Below are positions 24,309-41,200 of a stretch of DNA of 64,000 nucleotides, piece by piece. The DNA lies in NCBI RefSeq assembly GCF_000002865.3, contig NW_001865056.1, positions 561,256-625,255 of the forward strand. Reading direction: 5' to 3'. The notes under the pieces are model-generated. The model made no database searches. It was given only the letters and a program-made list of their open reading frames with translations, and was not told the DNA's origin. Position 1 is the first letter of the stretch. Each line of letters starts with the position of its first letter. The DNA comes from Monosiga brevicollis MX1 (taxonomy: Eukaryota). Made by a program: the position numbers and the translations under genes.

Positions 24309-26919
24309 ATGGCGGCGTCGGCTGATTCAGCGCAGGCTGCGGGAACCCCCGCGGTTGAGGAGCAGAGCAACGAGAGCCGCTTCCCGCACAGTGCTTCCCT
24401 GTACGTGGGCGACCTCAGCAAGGACGTGATTGAGGCCGAGCTGTACAACTTTTTCAACAGCTTTGGCGCAACCGTTCAGTCGGTCCGCGTGTGCCGTGAC
24501 ATGGTCACCCAGACCTCCCTCGGTTACGGCTACGTCAACTTTGCCACCCCCGAAGATGGTGAGTCGCATCGTTCCTGCAGCCCTGTGGGTGCTTCTCCCC
24601 CCTCCACAGCCGTGTGCAGTCAAATGCATTTCTTGGTTGTGGACCGGGCTGCTGTGCAACACCCCTTTGGGGCATTTTGTGCACCCTAGTTTTTTCTTTT
24701 TCTTTCTTTTTTTTTTGCGCGCGGCAGCTTGAGCAGTGATGATGAGCGGGCGCTTGAGCCCGCTATTCATTTCGATCGCATCAGCCGCTTCTTCACGTCC
24801 CACCTCCCTTGTTTGGGTCGGTCAACTCTGACCGTCATCTGCTCATCTACGTTTGCTGGCCGTCTCGCTCCTCTACCGATACTGCCACGTAGCTGCCAAG
24901 GTCTACGAAGCGGCCAACTTTGAAGAGCTCAAGGGCCAGCCCGTGCGCATCATGTTCTCGGAGCGCGATCCCACCAAGCGTCGCTCGGGCGTTGGCAACA
25001 TCTTCATCAAGAACCTCTCAGCCGAGGTCGACAACAAGGCCCTCTACGATACCTTCCGTGTTTTTGGTACCGTGCTCTCCTGCCGTGTGCTCTACGATCA
25101 AGAGGGCAACAGCCGTGGCATCGCGTTTGTGCAGTATGAAGATGCCGAGGTGGCCAAGCAAGTCATTGCCCAGGTCAATGACAAGAAGATCTTGGACAAG
25201 GTGGTCAAGGTAGAGGCCTACAAGCCACGCCGTCAGCGCATGCTTGAGGCTGAGGAGACCCAGAAGAACTTTACCAACGTCTTTTTCAAGAACGTGGCAG
25301 CTGACATCTCTGATGAAGACATCATGAAGGAGTTTGAGAACTTTGGGGAGGTGAGCCTCTGCTTCCGCTTTGTTTTGTCGGTTTCACACCGTTTCTGTTT
25401 GTTGTTCCGGCCCTGGACCTCGAGCCTGGCACAGCTTGCTCATGCTCTCTTCAACGACATGGCCTGGCTTTCTGGTGAGCTAGATTGAGTCCAAGGTGCT
25501 CAAGTCCCACGATCAATTTGGCCGCTACGGTTTTGTGGCCTACAAAGACACGGCCGATGCTCAAAAGGCTGTGAGTGAGCTGAATGACAAGCCCCTGGGA
25601 GCCGACGGCACCAAGCTCTATGTCGCCCGCGCACAGCGCAAGAGCGAGCGCATGGGTCGTCTGCGCCGCGAGTTTGAGCGCCGCCGCACGGAGATGCGGG
25701 CCAAATACAAAGACGCCAACCTGTACATTAAGAACTTTAGCGAGGACGTCACCGAGGATGAGCTGCGCAAGATGTTTGAGGCCTACGGCACCATCGTCAG
25801 CGTTCGCGTGGTCAAGGATCGCGACGGTCAATCACGCCAATTCGGTACGCAACCTGGCAACGAACAAGCGTCAGCCAGGACGCAGCTGGGAAGAAGGGAA
25901 GCGTTGGGAGAGAATAAAAAACATGGCTGCCTCGCCTCCTCCTCGAGCTTTCATCATCTGCCTTTTTTTTTTAACCGCAAGCCTCATTCCATGGCCTCGA
26001 TGGTGTGCTTTGCTTTGCTTTTGCGTGCTTTTGCCAGGTTTCGTGCTGTTTAGCAGTGAAGAGGAGGCCACTCGGGCCATCCAGGAGATGAACGGCCGGA
26101 TGACGGCCGATGGCAAGCCTCTGTACGTGTCGCGTTTCCGCAACAAGGAGGAGCGCGCACAGGAGGTCCAGCGCCAGCGCATGATGACGGCCCAGAACAT
26201 GCAGTACCAGCAGTGGATGACGCAGCAGGGTGGTATGCGTGCCATGCCTCCGATGATGCGCATGGGCCCCGTGATGGCCAACCCCCGCATGGGAGGCATG
26301 GCTGGCGTGCCTCATCGCCAAGGTGGTATGCCACCCATGGGCTTCAACCCGATGCAGCAAATGTCTATGCAGGCCCAGATGGCCGGCCGCAGCGGCCCCC
26401 AGCACGGCATGCCCCCGATGCAGACACCCATGATGGCCACCCCGAACAATGCTCAGCAGCCCTCCGCTGCTGCTGCTGCCCCCGCCGGTACCGCCATGGG
26501 CATCAACGTCCAGCAAGTTCGCTCAGAATTGAGCGCTGCTAAGGATAAGAATAGCCGCAATGCGGTCCTGGGCAACCCCCTCTTCTCCTTGGTGCAGGCC
26601 CAGCAGCCCAAGCATGCTCCCAAGATCACGGGCATGCTCCTCGATCAACCTGATGAAGCCGTCCTTGAGTATCTGGAGGTACGTGGCTAGTTGATCTTCA
26701 TCCCAAACCAAACCGCGCTTGCACTTTTCCAGTTTTTGCACCAAGCACTCACTGAGATCTGCTTTATGGCTTTTTTTTCTTATTTTTTTTTTTTTTTTTC
26801 TCCTGCTTCTTTCTTGTTTTTTTTTTTTTGCCTGTCAGAACCCCGCGGCCCTCAAGGCTGCTCTGGACCAGGCCTACAAGGTGCTGGTTGAGCAAGCCCC
26901 CGCAGCTGGCAAGCAGTAA
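24309..26919 (+). CDS. PABPC: Cytoplasmic poly(A)-binding protein (4 RRM + MLLE), multi-exon
   Basis: '[24 protein letters not shown]', '[13 protein letters not shown]', '[12 protein letters not shown]', 'ANLYIKN' and MLLE '[10 protein letters not shown]'. Confidence 0.95.
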
Positions 26920-27658
26920 GCGATGTGGGCACTTTTATGTTGCTATCGCAATATGTCTGAGGACAACCCAGGATCCGCAAGTGCCTCTGCGACCTCGCGT
27001 GGTTCTCCTCTTACATCTTCTACTTCTTCATGTTTCTTTGTTTTCCTTTTTTTTTTTTTTTTTTTTTTTTTTTCTGCTGCTTCCTTTTTGTCGAATTTGT
27101 TGGGGTACGCCGGTGCTCCGTCTGTTGTGTGGCTTATCCATTTTCGTCTGTGCTGTGCAGTCTGTCCAATCCTTTCTCCCGCGTAATGTGGCCGCCGTTC
27201 TTGTGCCGTGACAAAACGGTGTTTGTGTCGTCTAGCGGACCTTTTTGTCTCAATCAACCCAGAAGCAAACGTTGAGTGTGTGATTCAAAAACCCGTCTGA
27301 CAAAGTAGCCACACACACATCCATCACACACACATGTGTGTGGAGGTACACAAAGTGCGCGTGATCCCTCTCTCTCTTTTCTCCAATGTGCTAGTTTTCG
27401 TTGTTTTTTAGTGAGTGAGAGAGAGAGAGCGAGAGGTGCGTGCGCAGCAGGCATGTCGGGGGCCTTCTTGGATCGTGGCTGGACGATGGTGGATGGGGGT
27501 GTATGTCAACGGTCAGGTCTGGAGGGTTGGAGACGGTTTGTGGCTGGGACAACCGCAAGAGGGGTCGGTTGTTGTCGATGTTCGAATGGCGACCTGACCA
27601 CCCCCCCTTGCTCGATCCCTCGAATGGTAGCCTTCCACGATCCAATAGACCAAACGCA

Positions 27659-28581
27659 ATGGCTGAGACGACTGCCCCCGCTGCCGATGCTGGCCTCGAC
27701 TACGTGAAGAGCCTGATCACCTCCCACGAGAACTTCCCCATTCCCGGCGTTCTTTTCCAAGATGGTATGTGCCCCGACCTTGCTGCGCGTGTTGGGGGCA
27801 CGACCCAAGCTTACAACAGCTGCGACACGTGCGCGCTTGCTTCGTGTTAGCCTTTCCCATCTTCCGGGATCCCGTGGCCATGGACATTGTCTTGAACCGC
27901 ATGCTCGGCCTGATCACGCGCACCAGCCCCAAGATCGACGCCATCGTTGGCCTGGATGCCCGTGGCTTTCTCCTGGGCCCCCTCCTGAGCACCCACCTCC
28001 ATTGTTCTTTTGTGCCTATTCGCAAGCAAGGAAAGGTAAGCAGTGGACCCCTTTGCCTCCCTCTTGCGGCAGCGCTCTTGTGCATGCATTCACATTCACA
28101 TCCCACACCCTCATGGCCTGCCATGCTGCCCTCTGTAGCTGCCTGGCAAGTGTGAGTCGGTGACCTATGAGAAGGAGTACGGCACTGACGTGTTTGAGAT
28201 TCAGGTTCGACTTGCAGACCCCAACTGCTCTTCTTCCCTCCCCCGCTCGCTCTGCCTCTCTTGTTTGTTTGTTTTTCTTTTCTGATGCCTGTCGACCGCA
28301 TCTCAAACTCAATGACTGCACTCTCGCGCCGACTCACTGTGGCACCTTGATCATGGGATTGCCTTGTGTAGATGGACGCGCTCAAGCCCGGAGATAAGGT
28401 GGTCTTTGTGGACGATCTCATTGCTACGGGTGGCACCTTGCGCGCCGCCACCGAGCTCGTCCGCAAGGTTGGCGCCGAGCCCTTGCTGGCAACCTGCATC
28501 GTCGGTCTGCCTGCACTCGAAGGAGCGACCAAAGTGGGCATCCCCGTCCATGCCCTCGTTCCTCTTCCCTCGGGCTGCTAG
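27659..28581 (+). CDS. APRT: Adenine phosphoribosyltransferase, spliced
   Basis: '[11 protein letters not shown]', '[13 protein letters not shown]', 'PIRKQGK|LPG', 'YEKEYGTD' and the PRPP motif '[13 protein letters not shown]'. Confidence 0.95.
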
Positions 28582-28763
28582 AGCACAACTTGATTTTACT
28601 TGCCTCTTGGGAGCGTGGTCAGCTTTGTGCACGAGTCGCGCACACACGGCTTCAATTCCCATTCCAGTTCCAGTACCCACGCACCCATTCCAAAAGGGCT
28701 GGTTGGCCCATAGATTGTCCTCTTTGTTGACTTTTTTTTTTTTTTTTCCCGGATCATCTGCTT

Positions 28764-31335
<2,572 letters not shown>

Positions 31336-31395
31336 CTGGGTGCTGCTTAGCTGGCTTCGGGTGAGGAGCGGGCGGCAATCCTGGACCAGTGCACG

Positions 31396-32036
31396 ATGAC
31401 AGATCGCACAGCTTTCTTTGAGACGTCGACATGCCCCATCACCAAGGAAGTTGAGGATCGCCTAGAGCAAATCTCGCTCGTGGTGACCAAGGAAGCATAC
31501 GGGAACGCCTTTATGGAGGATGGGGCTTACCGGTGCAGTCGCTGCCAGCAGCCGCTGTACGACGCCACCGCCAAGTTTGCCGGTGAGTCCTCATATCAGC
31601 AAGATCCAAAAAAAGAACATTGCAAAACCAATGGGCGACTTGAGGCAGCTGTTTATTCATTCATTCCGTATCTGTGCCACGGGGGGCGGGTGCGCTAGGC
31701 CCCTGCATGTGGCCATCCTTCCGTGCCGGCGTGGAGAATGACGGGACGCTCCATTTGCGCCCGGTGGAAGCCTACAACAACTACACGTGCCCCGTGTGGG
31801 AGGTGTACTGTGGCCAATGCCAGCTTTTTCTCGGGTTTGTGGAGCCGACTCGCCCAAAGCTGAGGCTTGACGTTTGGCAACCGCTTCTCCGGCCTCTGAC
31901 CTTGGCTTGGTGGCGTCCTCGTCTCTCCACCCCTAGGCACCGCTTTGAGGACGGCAAGGACCACGGCGATGAGCACGAGGACGCACGATTTCGTCATTGC
32001 GTCCTCTCGTACAGCTTGCAATTTGTGCCTCGGTAG
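31396..32036 (+). CDS. msrB: Methionine-R-sulfoxide reductase B (Cys type, Zn-binding), 3 exons
   Basis: 'GAYRCSRCQQPLY..KF', 'WPSF', 'EVYCGQCQLFLG|HRFEDG' and catalytic 'RHCVLSYSLQF'. Confidence 0.85.
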
Positions 32037-32388
32037 CAAACGGGATGGGGTGGGCCTGAATCGAGCACACAGCTGCGAGGAAGCACATTCTGATGCGTCT
32101 GAAGACGTGGTTTCATTTCTCTTGTGTTTGTTTTTCTATCATATAATAATACTATTCTGAGGTCAACCAGACAGACAGGCTCGGTACTTCTTCCAAACTC
32201 CAATTTGAAAACAACGAAAGCCTCAACAATCACGAGGTGACCAAGGCCGGCATGCTCGCTTCGGCCGCCAGGAGACGGCCTCAGAAGCACGGCACGAAGA
32301 GGCCGAGTCAGGAAGGGAATAAACACGCTAGCAAAGCAGGGGGGGTATCACAAGAACACAAGACGAGCAAGGCCTAAAGAGGACTTCT

Positions 32389-33610
<1,222 letters not shown>

Positions 33611-34380
33611 GTTACTAGTTGTTGTCAAAGGGGTGTCACGAGTACCGCAAGAGAGACAGGCCATACGCTATCCGACAGGAAAACACTTGGAAGGAGTGAG
33701 CGCTGCTGCACTACTGCACCGGTTTCGATTGCGAAAGGCCTCCAAGAGCGAGAAACGGCCGCCAAAAGCCATCAAACAAGCACACTGCGCATTTATGCGA
33801 CAGAACCACATCACAACCACAATACCAACAACTACCCGTGGCACAGGCCACTGCCATTACACAAGTAGAGAGAGAGGGGGGGGGAGCAGGGGAGCAGGGG
33901 AGCCCGGCGTTCTTCTTTTGCGGTCACTTACAGTCAGTGGCAAAAAAAATGACAACTCACTGGCAACCACTGCACAAGGTGCACACCACACTCACAGTCA
34001 CACTGTTCTTAGAGAAGATGGAGAGAGAGAGAGGGAAAAGAGAGAGAGAGAGGTTTCATCGCATGTTGTGTGGCTTGGCATTTGCACCGCAAACAAGTGA
34101 GTTGCACTGCTTGCGCTTGCAGGAGGGGGCACGTTGGCAGCCCCATGCAAGAAGCGCCTTTTGTTGCTCAAAGCCGCTGCGTTGCCTTTCCCTTGGACGT
34201 CAATGCCGTTTTGTATGCTTGCTCTCGACTTTTTTCGGCTAAAGTAATACGAATTTCCATCAGATCACGCCATGCAAAGCGAACGCAGTGACAAGTTTCA
34301 TTTGTACGAACGTAGTGAGCATAACTTATTCGGGCCATAGATCGCGAAACCAGTGAAGTGTTTATGTTATTTTCCTGATC

Positions 34381-37300
34381 ATGGCGGCGAAGACGACCCC
34401 GCTGGCAGAGGCTGCGCGCCTCGCACTAGGGGCCCACGATCGCCGATGGAACGCCGCGCAAGACGAGGTACCTGTGTGGATTCTGACCGGGAAAGGGGAT
34501 GAATGTGTGGGCCCTTTGATGCTGGCTTTTTTGCTTGGTGGAATCTGTGCGCTTGAAGGGCATTGGTCGTCCTGTTTGAGCCGTGAGTCCTCACAGCACC
34601 TGCGTGGGCCTCGGTTGCCCGTAGGCTGTCCAACGGGCGCTGTTGGAGTCCTTGCACCTCGAGGTAGGCCAAAGGACCCATTCTTCACTTTGCACGCTTG
34701 GGATAATATGATACACAGTTTTTGCTCAACCTCCATTGGTGGCACTTTAGGCTCAGGAGCACGCATTCCACCAAGCCGCTGCTGCAGCCTCTCCGACCAC
34801 CTCTTCAGCGACCAGCGCTGCTAGGCCCAATCGGCGTGGCATCAACTCTAGCGATCGTTTGCAGTCCTCAAGCTTCTTGTCTTCTACGCCCCGTACTCAG
34901 CGCGGCCCCCCTCGCGTGCGTTTGGCCAGCCATATCTCGCCTTTGCATGGGAGCTCGTGGACACCGAATGATGCGCGCTTGGCTTGATGAGGCCGCACTC
35001 GCTGACGCAGTTGCTCATCCTTCTTGATCGCGCCCCACAGCGTCATTTTCCGCCAGCTCGCCCAGCACCCACTTCACAAACGTCCACAACCGATTGGGCC
35101 GATGCCCTGTTGGGTCGGCCAGAACCTGCGTCAACGCACAATGAGGCATGTGATGCTATGTGAAGACATTCGTTCATCCTGGCTCTAACCCTGCTTGCAC
35201 GGCTGCCCTCAAATCCTGTGCCAAAACCTGTGGGCAGCAACCTGAGCTCTTTGCTTGCCTGGTTTGGGACTCGAAGTAAGGATTCCGACCTTTTCTTCTC
35301 ATTGGAGCTTGGCTCTATTCTTAGGTGCGGCAACGTGCTCAAGATTTGGCTCAGGATATCAATCCCACGGTGGGTGTTTTGCTGCTGGCGCACACCTCTG
35401 CGTGCCGCACTATCACTCTACTCGATGCTTTGCTATCCAACATTTTTTTTACACGCTCATCTTTGCTGCACCGTGCCGCTGCTGCCGAGCTAGCTCGAGG
35501 GTACCAACTTTATGCAATTTATCGAAGCTCTTGGGAATGGTTCGGCCCGGATTGTTGACAACCAGGCACGTCCTTGAACACACTTGTTACGAATATGCAC
35601 AAGAGTGTTTTTTTTTTTTTTTTTTCTTTTTTGCTTTTTTTCATTTCTATTGAGGATGATTTGATGCGTCTCGCACTGATAGGTTGTTGGGCCGGAGCGG
35701 AGTGGTCTATCAGCACCGCGCACCACTGCGCCCACCGAGCCCGTACAGCATTCAGAGATTGCCACGGCTGCGGAAGCAGACGCCATTGATGCGATGGCCC
35801 AGGAATGGGCGCGCCAATTTGCTACTGAGCTCCACGATAATCCCACAGCCTACGACACCACCAGCACAGCAACGGCATCCACGTCCTTCTTGCGCAGCCA
35901 TCGGCCCTACCTGCACAGCGCCTCCAACCCCTTTATCCAGGCTTCCGACGCTGCCCAAACACGACCATCAGCCGATGAGCTCGTGGCCCAGGGTCGCGAC
36001 GCCTTGCAACGTGGTACGTCTGCTGTGTTTGTGGGCCAGGCGCCTACCGCTTGCTATGCTCTTGCTACTGAGGCCGACCCTGCGCTGCCGCTTGGCATCT
36101 CATCTTATTGGCATATTGGCATTTAACGTCTCCACCTGCTGTGCTTTGCACGCCCTGCCCGCCATCACAGGGGCTCTAATTGATGCTATTCTGCTATTTG
36201 AAGCCGCCACCCAGACCGCTGCCGACCACGCCGAGGCCTGGGAGCTGCTGGGTGCTAGCCGTGCCGAGAACGAACAAGAGGAGCTGGCCATTGCTGCTCT
36301 CTCCGAAGCTGTGCGGCTCGACCCGAGGCGCCGAAGCGCCTGGCTAGCCTTGGCCACCAGCTTGACCAACGAGACGCAGTTTCGTGAAGTCATCGAAGCC
36401 TTGACCCAGGTTTTGCGCGGAAGCGGGACTAGCGCGGCCGCCTTGGCTGATCAGCCCCTTCAAGACGAAGTCCGTCTCAACGGCAGTGAAGCCGACATGG
36501 CCGAGTAAGTGTGAATGCTGCCATTCAAATAGCTGGGGGCCACAACCAGACAATGGCTCACCTCTGCCCCACACACCCAGAGCCATGACCTTTCACGCAC
36601 GACTCCATGCCTTGGTGGATCGGTATCAGCAAGCGTTGGTAAGTTACCTTGCATCCCTTGACCCATCGCATCCACCGTACATGCTGAGGGTCCTCGTCAC
36701 ACTCTGCGTTTCACCGTCGACGGTGTTTGTTTGCTTGCTTGTGATTTTTTTTTTTCATTTTCTTATTTTCTTCTTTCATAATTTGCAAACTGGCTTTGCT
36801 CGATTAGGCAGGGGCCGCTGCAGAACATCAGGCGGATCTTTTGGTGGGCTTGGGTATCATGCACCACATCTTGTACGTGCGCATCTGTCCAGCGCTCTTT
36901 GCAGCGTCTTTGCATGTACCTCATGTGGCTCGCTGCATAAAATAGACGTGACTACGAAGCGGCAGCCGACAACTTTCAGGCCGCGCTTGCTCAAAGGTCG
37001 GCTATCAAGAGCGTCTCCCCGCATAATGCACCCGCACAGCACCACTCTCTTTTGCGCTCGGATGGAATGGTGTGACTGTGCCGCTCTCACCGTGGCACGG
37101 TGTCCAGGCCTGATGATTTTTTACTTTGGAACAAGCTCGGTGCCACGCTAGCCAATAGCGAGCGGAGCGAGGAGGCACTCCAAATTTATCGACACGCGCT
37201 GACCATTCGCCCCGGTGTGTCCTTCACTGCTGTCGCTTGCTGGGCCATGCGGGCAATGGGTCTGAAGAAGCATGGTGTGTACTTTTGTGTGAACGCTCAC

Positions 37301-37709
37301 TGCGTCAGCCAATCCTGATCTACAGGATATGTACGGGCCCGCTATAATGCCGGTGTGGCCTGTCTGAATTTGCGCCTGCATCGCGATGCTGTGGAACACT
37401 TTTTGGCCGCACTGGCGCTGCAAGCGAGCCATGATGAGCAGGACGCTGGCGCGGGCCCCAGCACCGTCAACAGTCCGGCCTTGAACAGCCCCACCCAAGT
37501 TATGTCTGATACCATTTGGTATGTGATCCCCTCGTCCTTCTCTCCCTTTTCGTTCAGTTTCCCCCGGCCTCACAAATCTCTGCACTCGACTCGTTGTGCT
37601 GCGCAGGAGCGCACTCAAAATGGCACTCATGATGAGCGGGCTCTATACCGAGGCCACACTCGTCAACCAGCGTGACGTTAGCCTTTTTCGTGATTCCTTC
37701 GATTTTTAA
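34381..37709 (+). CDS. PEX5: Peroxisomal targeting signal 1 receptor, multi-exon
   Basis: WxxxF motif 'EWARQF'. TPRs '[30 protein letters not shown]', '[18 protein letters not shown]', '[24 protein letters not shown]' and 'MSDTIW'. 5' end uncertain. Confidence 0.9.
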
Positions 37710-38288
37710 GCCCATTAGGAACTGAGATTTTGACAACACTGACCTCGAACGCAGCGCACACATGAATTCTTCTTCGTCGTCGTCGGTAGCATTCAAAATG
37801 TCGAGGGTTGAAAGACAAGACATGCCACAGAGTCTGACACAGCAACACTGTTTATTGAGGGTGTTGACGGATGTGACATGATGCCGATGCCACAGAGGGC
37901 CTGGCCTGCGCAAGAATCAAAAAAGATTTGGTTTGGTTCGAGGATCAATTCTCAAGCACCAAAAAAAGGAAGGGAACGCCGAAGTCTAACACACTGACAT
38001 TTGACAAGACATGCAGAGACAACTGACAGGGACGACTTCAAGGCGAGGGAAAGAACTGCAACCAACACGGCGGCTCGGCCTAACTGCCGGGCGCATGCAT
38101 CGTGCATGAAGACGTGCATTATAGAAAAGACACGCAAGGAAGATAGAGAGGCCCGTCTGCTAAACACGGTAGAAGAACGAGATAAAAAAAACTCAAGAAA
38201 GGCACATCAAGATACCGACGGGGCGGGTGTTAAAAATCCGCAACCCACGGGCCCAGAGACTGTGAGCTAGACTCAGATGGTTCGAGGC

Positions 38289-41200
38289 TTAATCCTCATC
38301 ATCCGAGACCTCCTCACCACGAGCCTTCTTGGCGGCTTTGATCTTGGCGGCTTTCTTCTTCTCCTTGCGGCTGAGATCCTTCTTCTTGGGCTGAGCGACC
38401 TTGGTCACGTTGCCAAGAGCATCGGTGACCTCGTCGAGCATCTCAAACTCAGTCTTCTCCTTCATGGCGTTCTTCATCCAGTCGGCATCACCCTTGCAGT
38501 CAAGGCGGCCCTCACCGACGTACCAAGTCTCGGGGCAGAGAGTGGAGCAGAACTCGTCGTTGTGGGAGATGATGACAACACCACCCTCGTACTCCTCAAT
38601 GGCCTTGACCAGACCACCGAGAGACTCGCGGTCGAGGTAGTTGGTGGGCTCGTCGAGGATCAGGATATGGGGCTGGTTCCAGGTGCAGGCACCAAGGACG
38701 ACCTTGACCTTCTGGCCACCGGACAGGGCGCCAATACGAGAGTGAGTGGCGTACTCAGCCTCGAGGCCAACGTCCATCAAATGCTGCTCGACGGCGGAGG
38801 TGGTCAGAGCACGACGGTACATGCCCTCACGAGCCTCGACCTTGGCGTCGACAGACTTGAGCTGCTTGTGCCAGTTCCACTCCTCGAGCTGCTCACCGTG
38901 GACCCACTCGCGGTTGCCGTTCTTCTCCCAGATGAGCTGGTACTCGTAGCCACCCTTCTTCTTATCGGGGTTGTCGCGGCGGGCACCGGTGAGCTCGCGA
39001 ATGACACGCTGCTCACGCTTGAGGTTGCCCTTGTCGTCTTCGTACTCGTAGTTGACAGGCTTGGCCATGAACTCCAGCTCCTCATCGGTCAGCTTGACGG
39101 TGTCCTTCTCGAGGGCCTCCTTGTCCTCTCCAAACTCGTAACGCCAACGGATGTACTCGTTGGGGGTCTTGGTCAGGTGCTCCTCAATGTGATGGAAGGC
39201 GTGCTGGGCAACGTAGGCCATCTTGAGGCCGGGGAAAGACCAGACGGTACCAGTGGTTGGGGGAAGCTCACCAGTGAGCATCTTGATGACGGTGGACTTG
39301 CCGGCACCGTTGCGACCAATGCAGGCCACACGGGACGAGAGGGAGACCTGGACGGAGACACCAGACACGGTGGGGGTGTCGTTGCCGGGGTAGATCATGG
39401 CGCAGTCGGTCATCTTGATCAGGGCCTTACCCTTGGACTTGACGCCCTCGAGGAAGGTGGGGTTGGGGAAGGAGAATTTGACCTTGGACTCCTTGAGGCT
39501 GAAGAAGGACTTGGCCTCGGGCACCTTCTCGACAAAGGCGGAAAGGCTACCGTGGTGCTGGCGGATCTTGAGGCCATCAAACTGGATGATGTCGGTCATG
39601 CAATCCTCAAGGAAGCCAGAGTCGTGGGACACGGCAATGACGGAGACGTTCTTCAGGTTGTTGACGTACTCCTTGACCCAGGCAACGTTGATAACGTCAA
39701 GATGGTTGGTGGGCTCGTCCATGAGGAGGATCTCGGCCTTCTGAAGCATAGCACGCGACAGGGCGAGCTTCATACGCCAGCCACCGGAGAGAGTGGTGAC
39801 GGCATCGTCGCACATCTTGGCGGTGAAGCCGACCTTCTGGAGCATGGCACGAATCTCGTCGCGGTTGACACCGCACTGCTGGATGGCCTCATCCGCAAAG
39901 ACGTACTCGAGGCAGCTCAAGTGTGAGAGCTCGCCGAGAATATCAGCCTCAACGAAGACGGTGCGGAGGGTGGTGGGGAAGCCCTCGAGCTCGTGGTTGG
40001 CCATGGCGCGCATGAGCGAGGTCTTGCCGCAATCGTTGGGGCCAAGGAGACCGTAGCGACGGCCCTTCTTGAGCTTGAGGTCAGTGTTGTGGAGCAGAAT
40101 CTTGGTACCGTAAGCAAGGGTGAACTTGCAGTCGCACAGCACCTCGGCACCATCATCCTCATCATCGTCATCATCGAACTTGACCTCCTTCTCGAGCACG
40201 GAGAGGGAAGCCTCGACGGCGGCGTCTGCAGCGGCCTGGTCCAGGGCAGCGGCGATGAAGCCACCAACGTTGCTGGTCCAGAGGTCCTTCTTGTACTTCT
40301 TGGAGTGGTTCAGAGATGCGGCAGCGGCAGCAGCGTAGTCAAAGACCACCTGGTTCTTCTCAACCTTGCCGGCACCAATCTTGTCGCTGAAGAGCTTGAT
40401 GATATCGCTGGGGTCATCGGGGTGCTTGGCGCGGTACTCCTCAGCGTGTTCCTTGATGCGCACGAGCTGGGCACGAGCCTTGTCGGCAACCTCACGAGCC
40501 TCGGGGTCGGAGATCTCCTCAGAGGCGCGCTCGAGGGCGGGGAGGAGGGTGGGGAGGAAGGGCTCGGCATCCTTGGGGTTCTCGACGAGGCGGGACATGT
40601 TGTTGATAATGACGGAGCACTGACGCTTGGTCGAGGTCTTCTTGACGGAGAAACCACGGAGGAGCAGAGGCACGACGAGACCAAGGGTGGCGTCATCGAC
40701 AGTCTGGACGAACTTGATGGAAGCCAGAGTGTGGACGCACTCGGGGACCTCATCAACCTCGTTCATGGCCTTGAGCAGATGGGGCACGGCATTCTTGATG
40801 TCGTTGTTGTCAATGACCTCGACGCACTTCTCGACGGCCTCGAGCGCGGCATCACCGACCTCCTTCTTGATGTCGAGGATGAGGTGGGGCACGACGCGGA
40901 TAATCTCGGGAATGCAGTGCGAGAGTTTCTTCTTGGCCTTCTTGGCGAGGCGACCAAGGAGCTGGCAGGCACCCTGCTTGACCTTCCACTTCTGAGCATC
41001 GTCCATGGCATCAAAGAGCTTGCTGACGACACGCTCAACGGCATACTTGTTGCAGTTGTCGATGAGGGTCTGGGCCACCTTCTTGAGGAGCTTCTTGGCA
41101 TCCGAGACCTTGTCATCGTAGTGGGCAATGAGGCAAGGAAGCAGCACCTCCACGAGATAAGGCTCGTAGGCCTTGAGGTTGTCACCCTCTAGGATGGCCT

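Noticed and set aside
38277..41192. Long plus-strand ORFs (549 aa, 399 aa) antisense to eEF3
   Set aside because: Shadow ORFs from strong codon bias (few TTA/CTA/TCA codons); no motifs.
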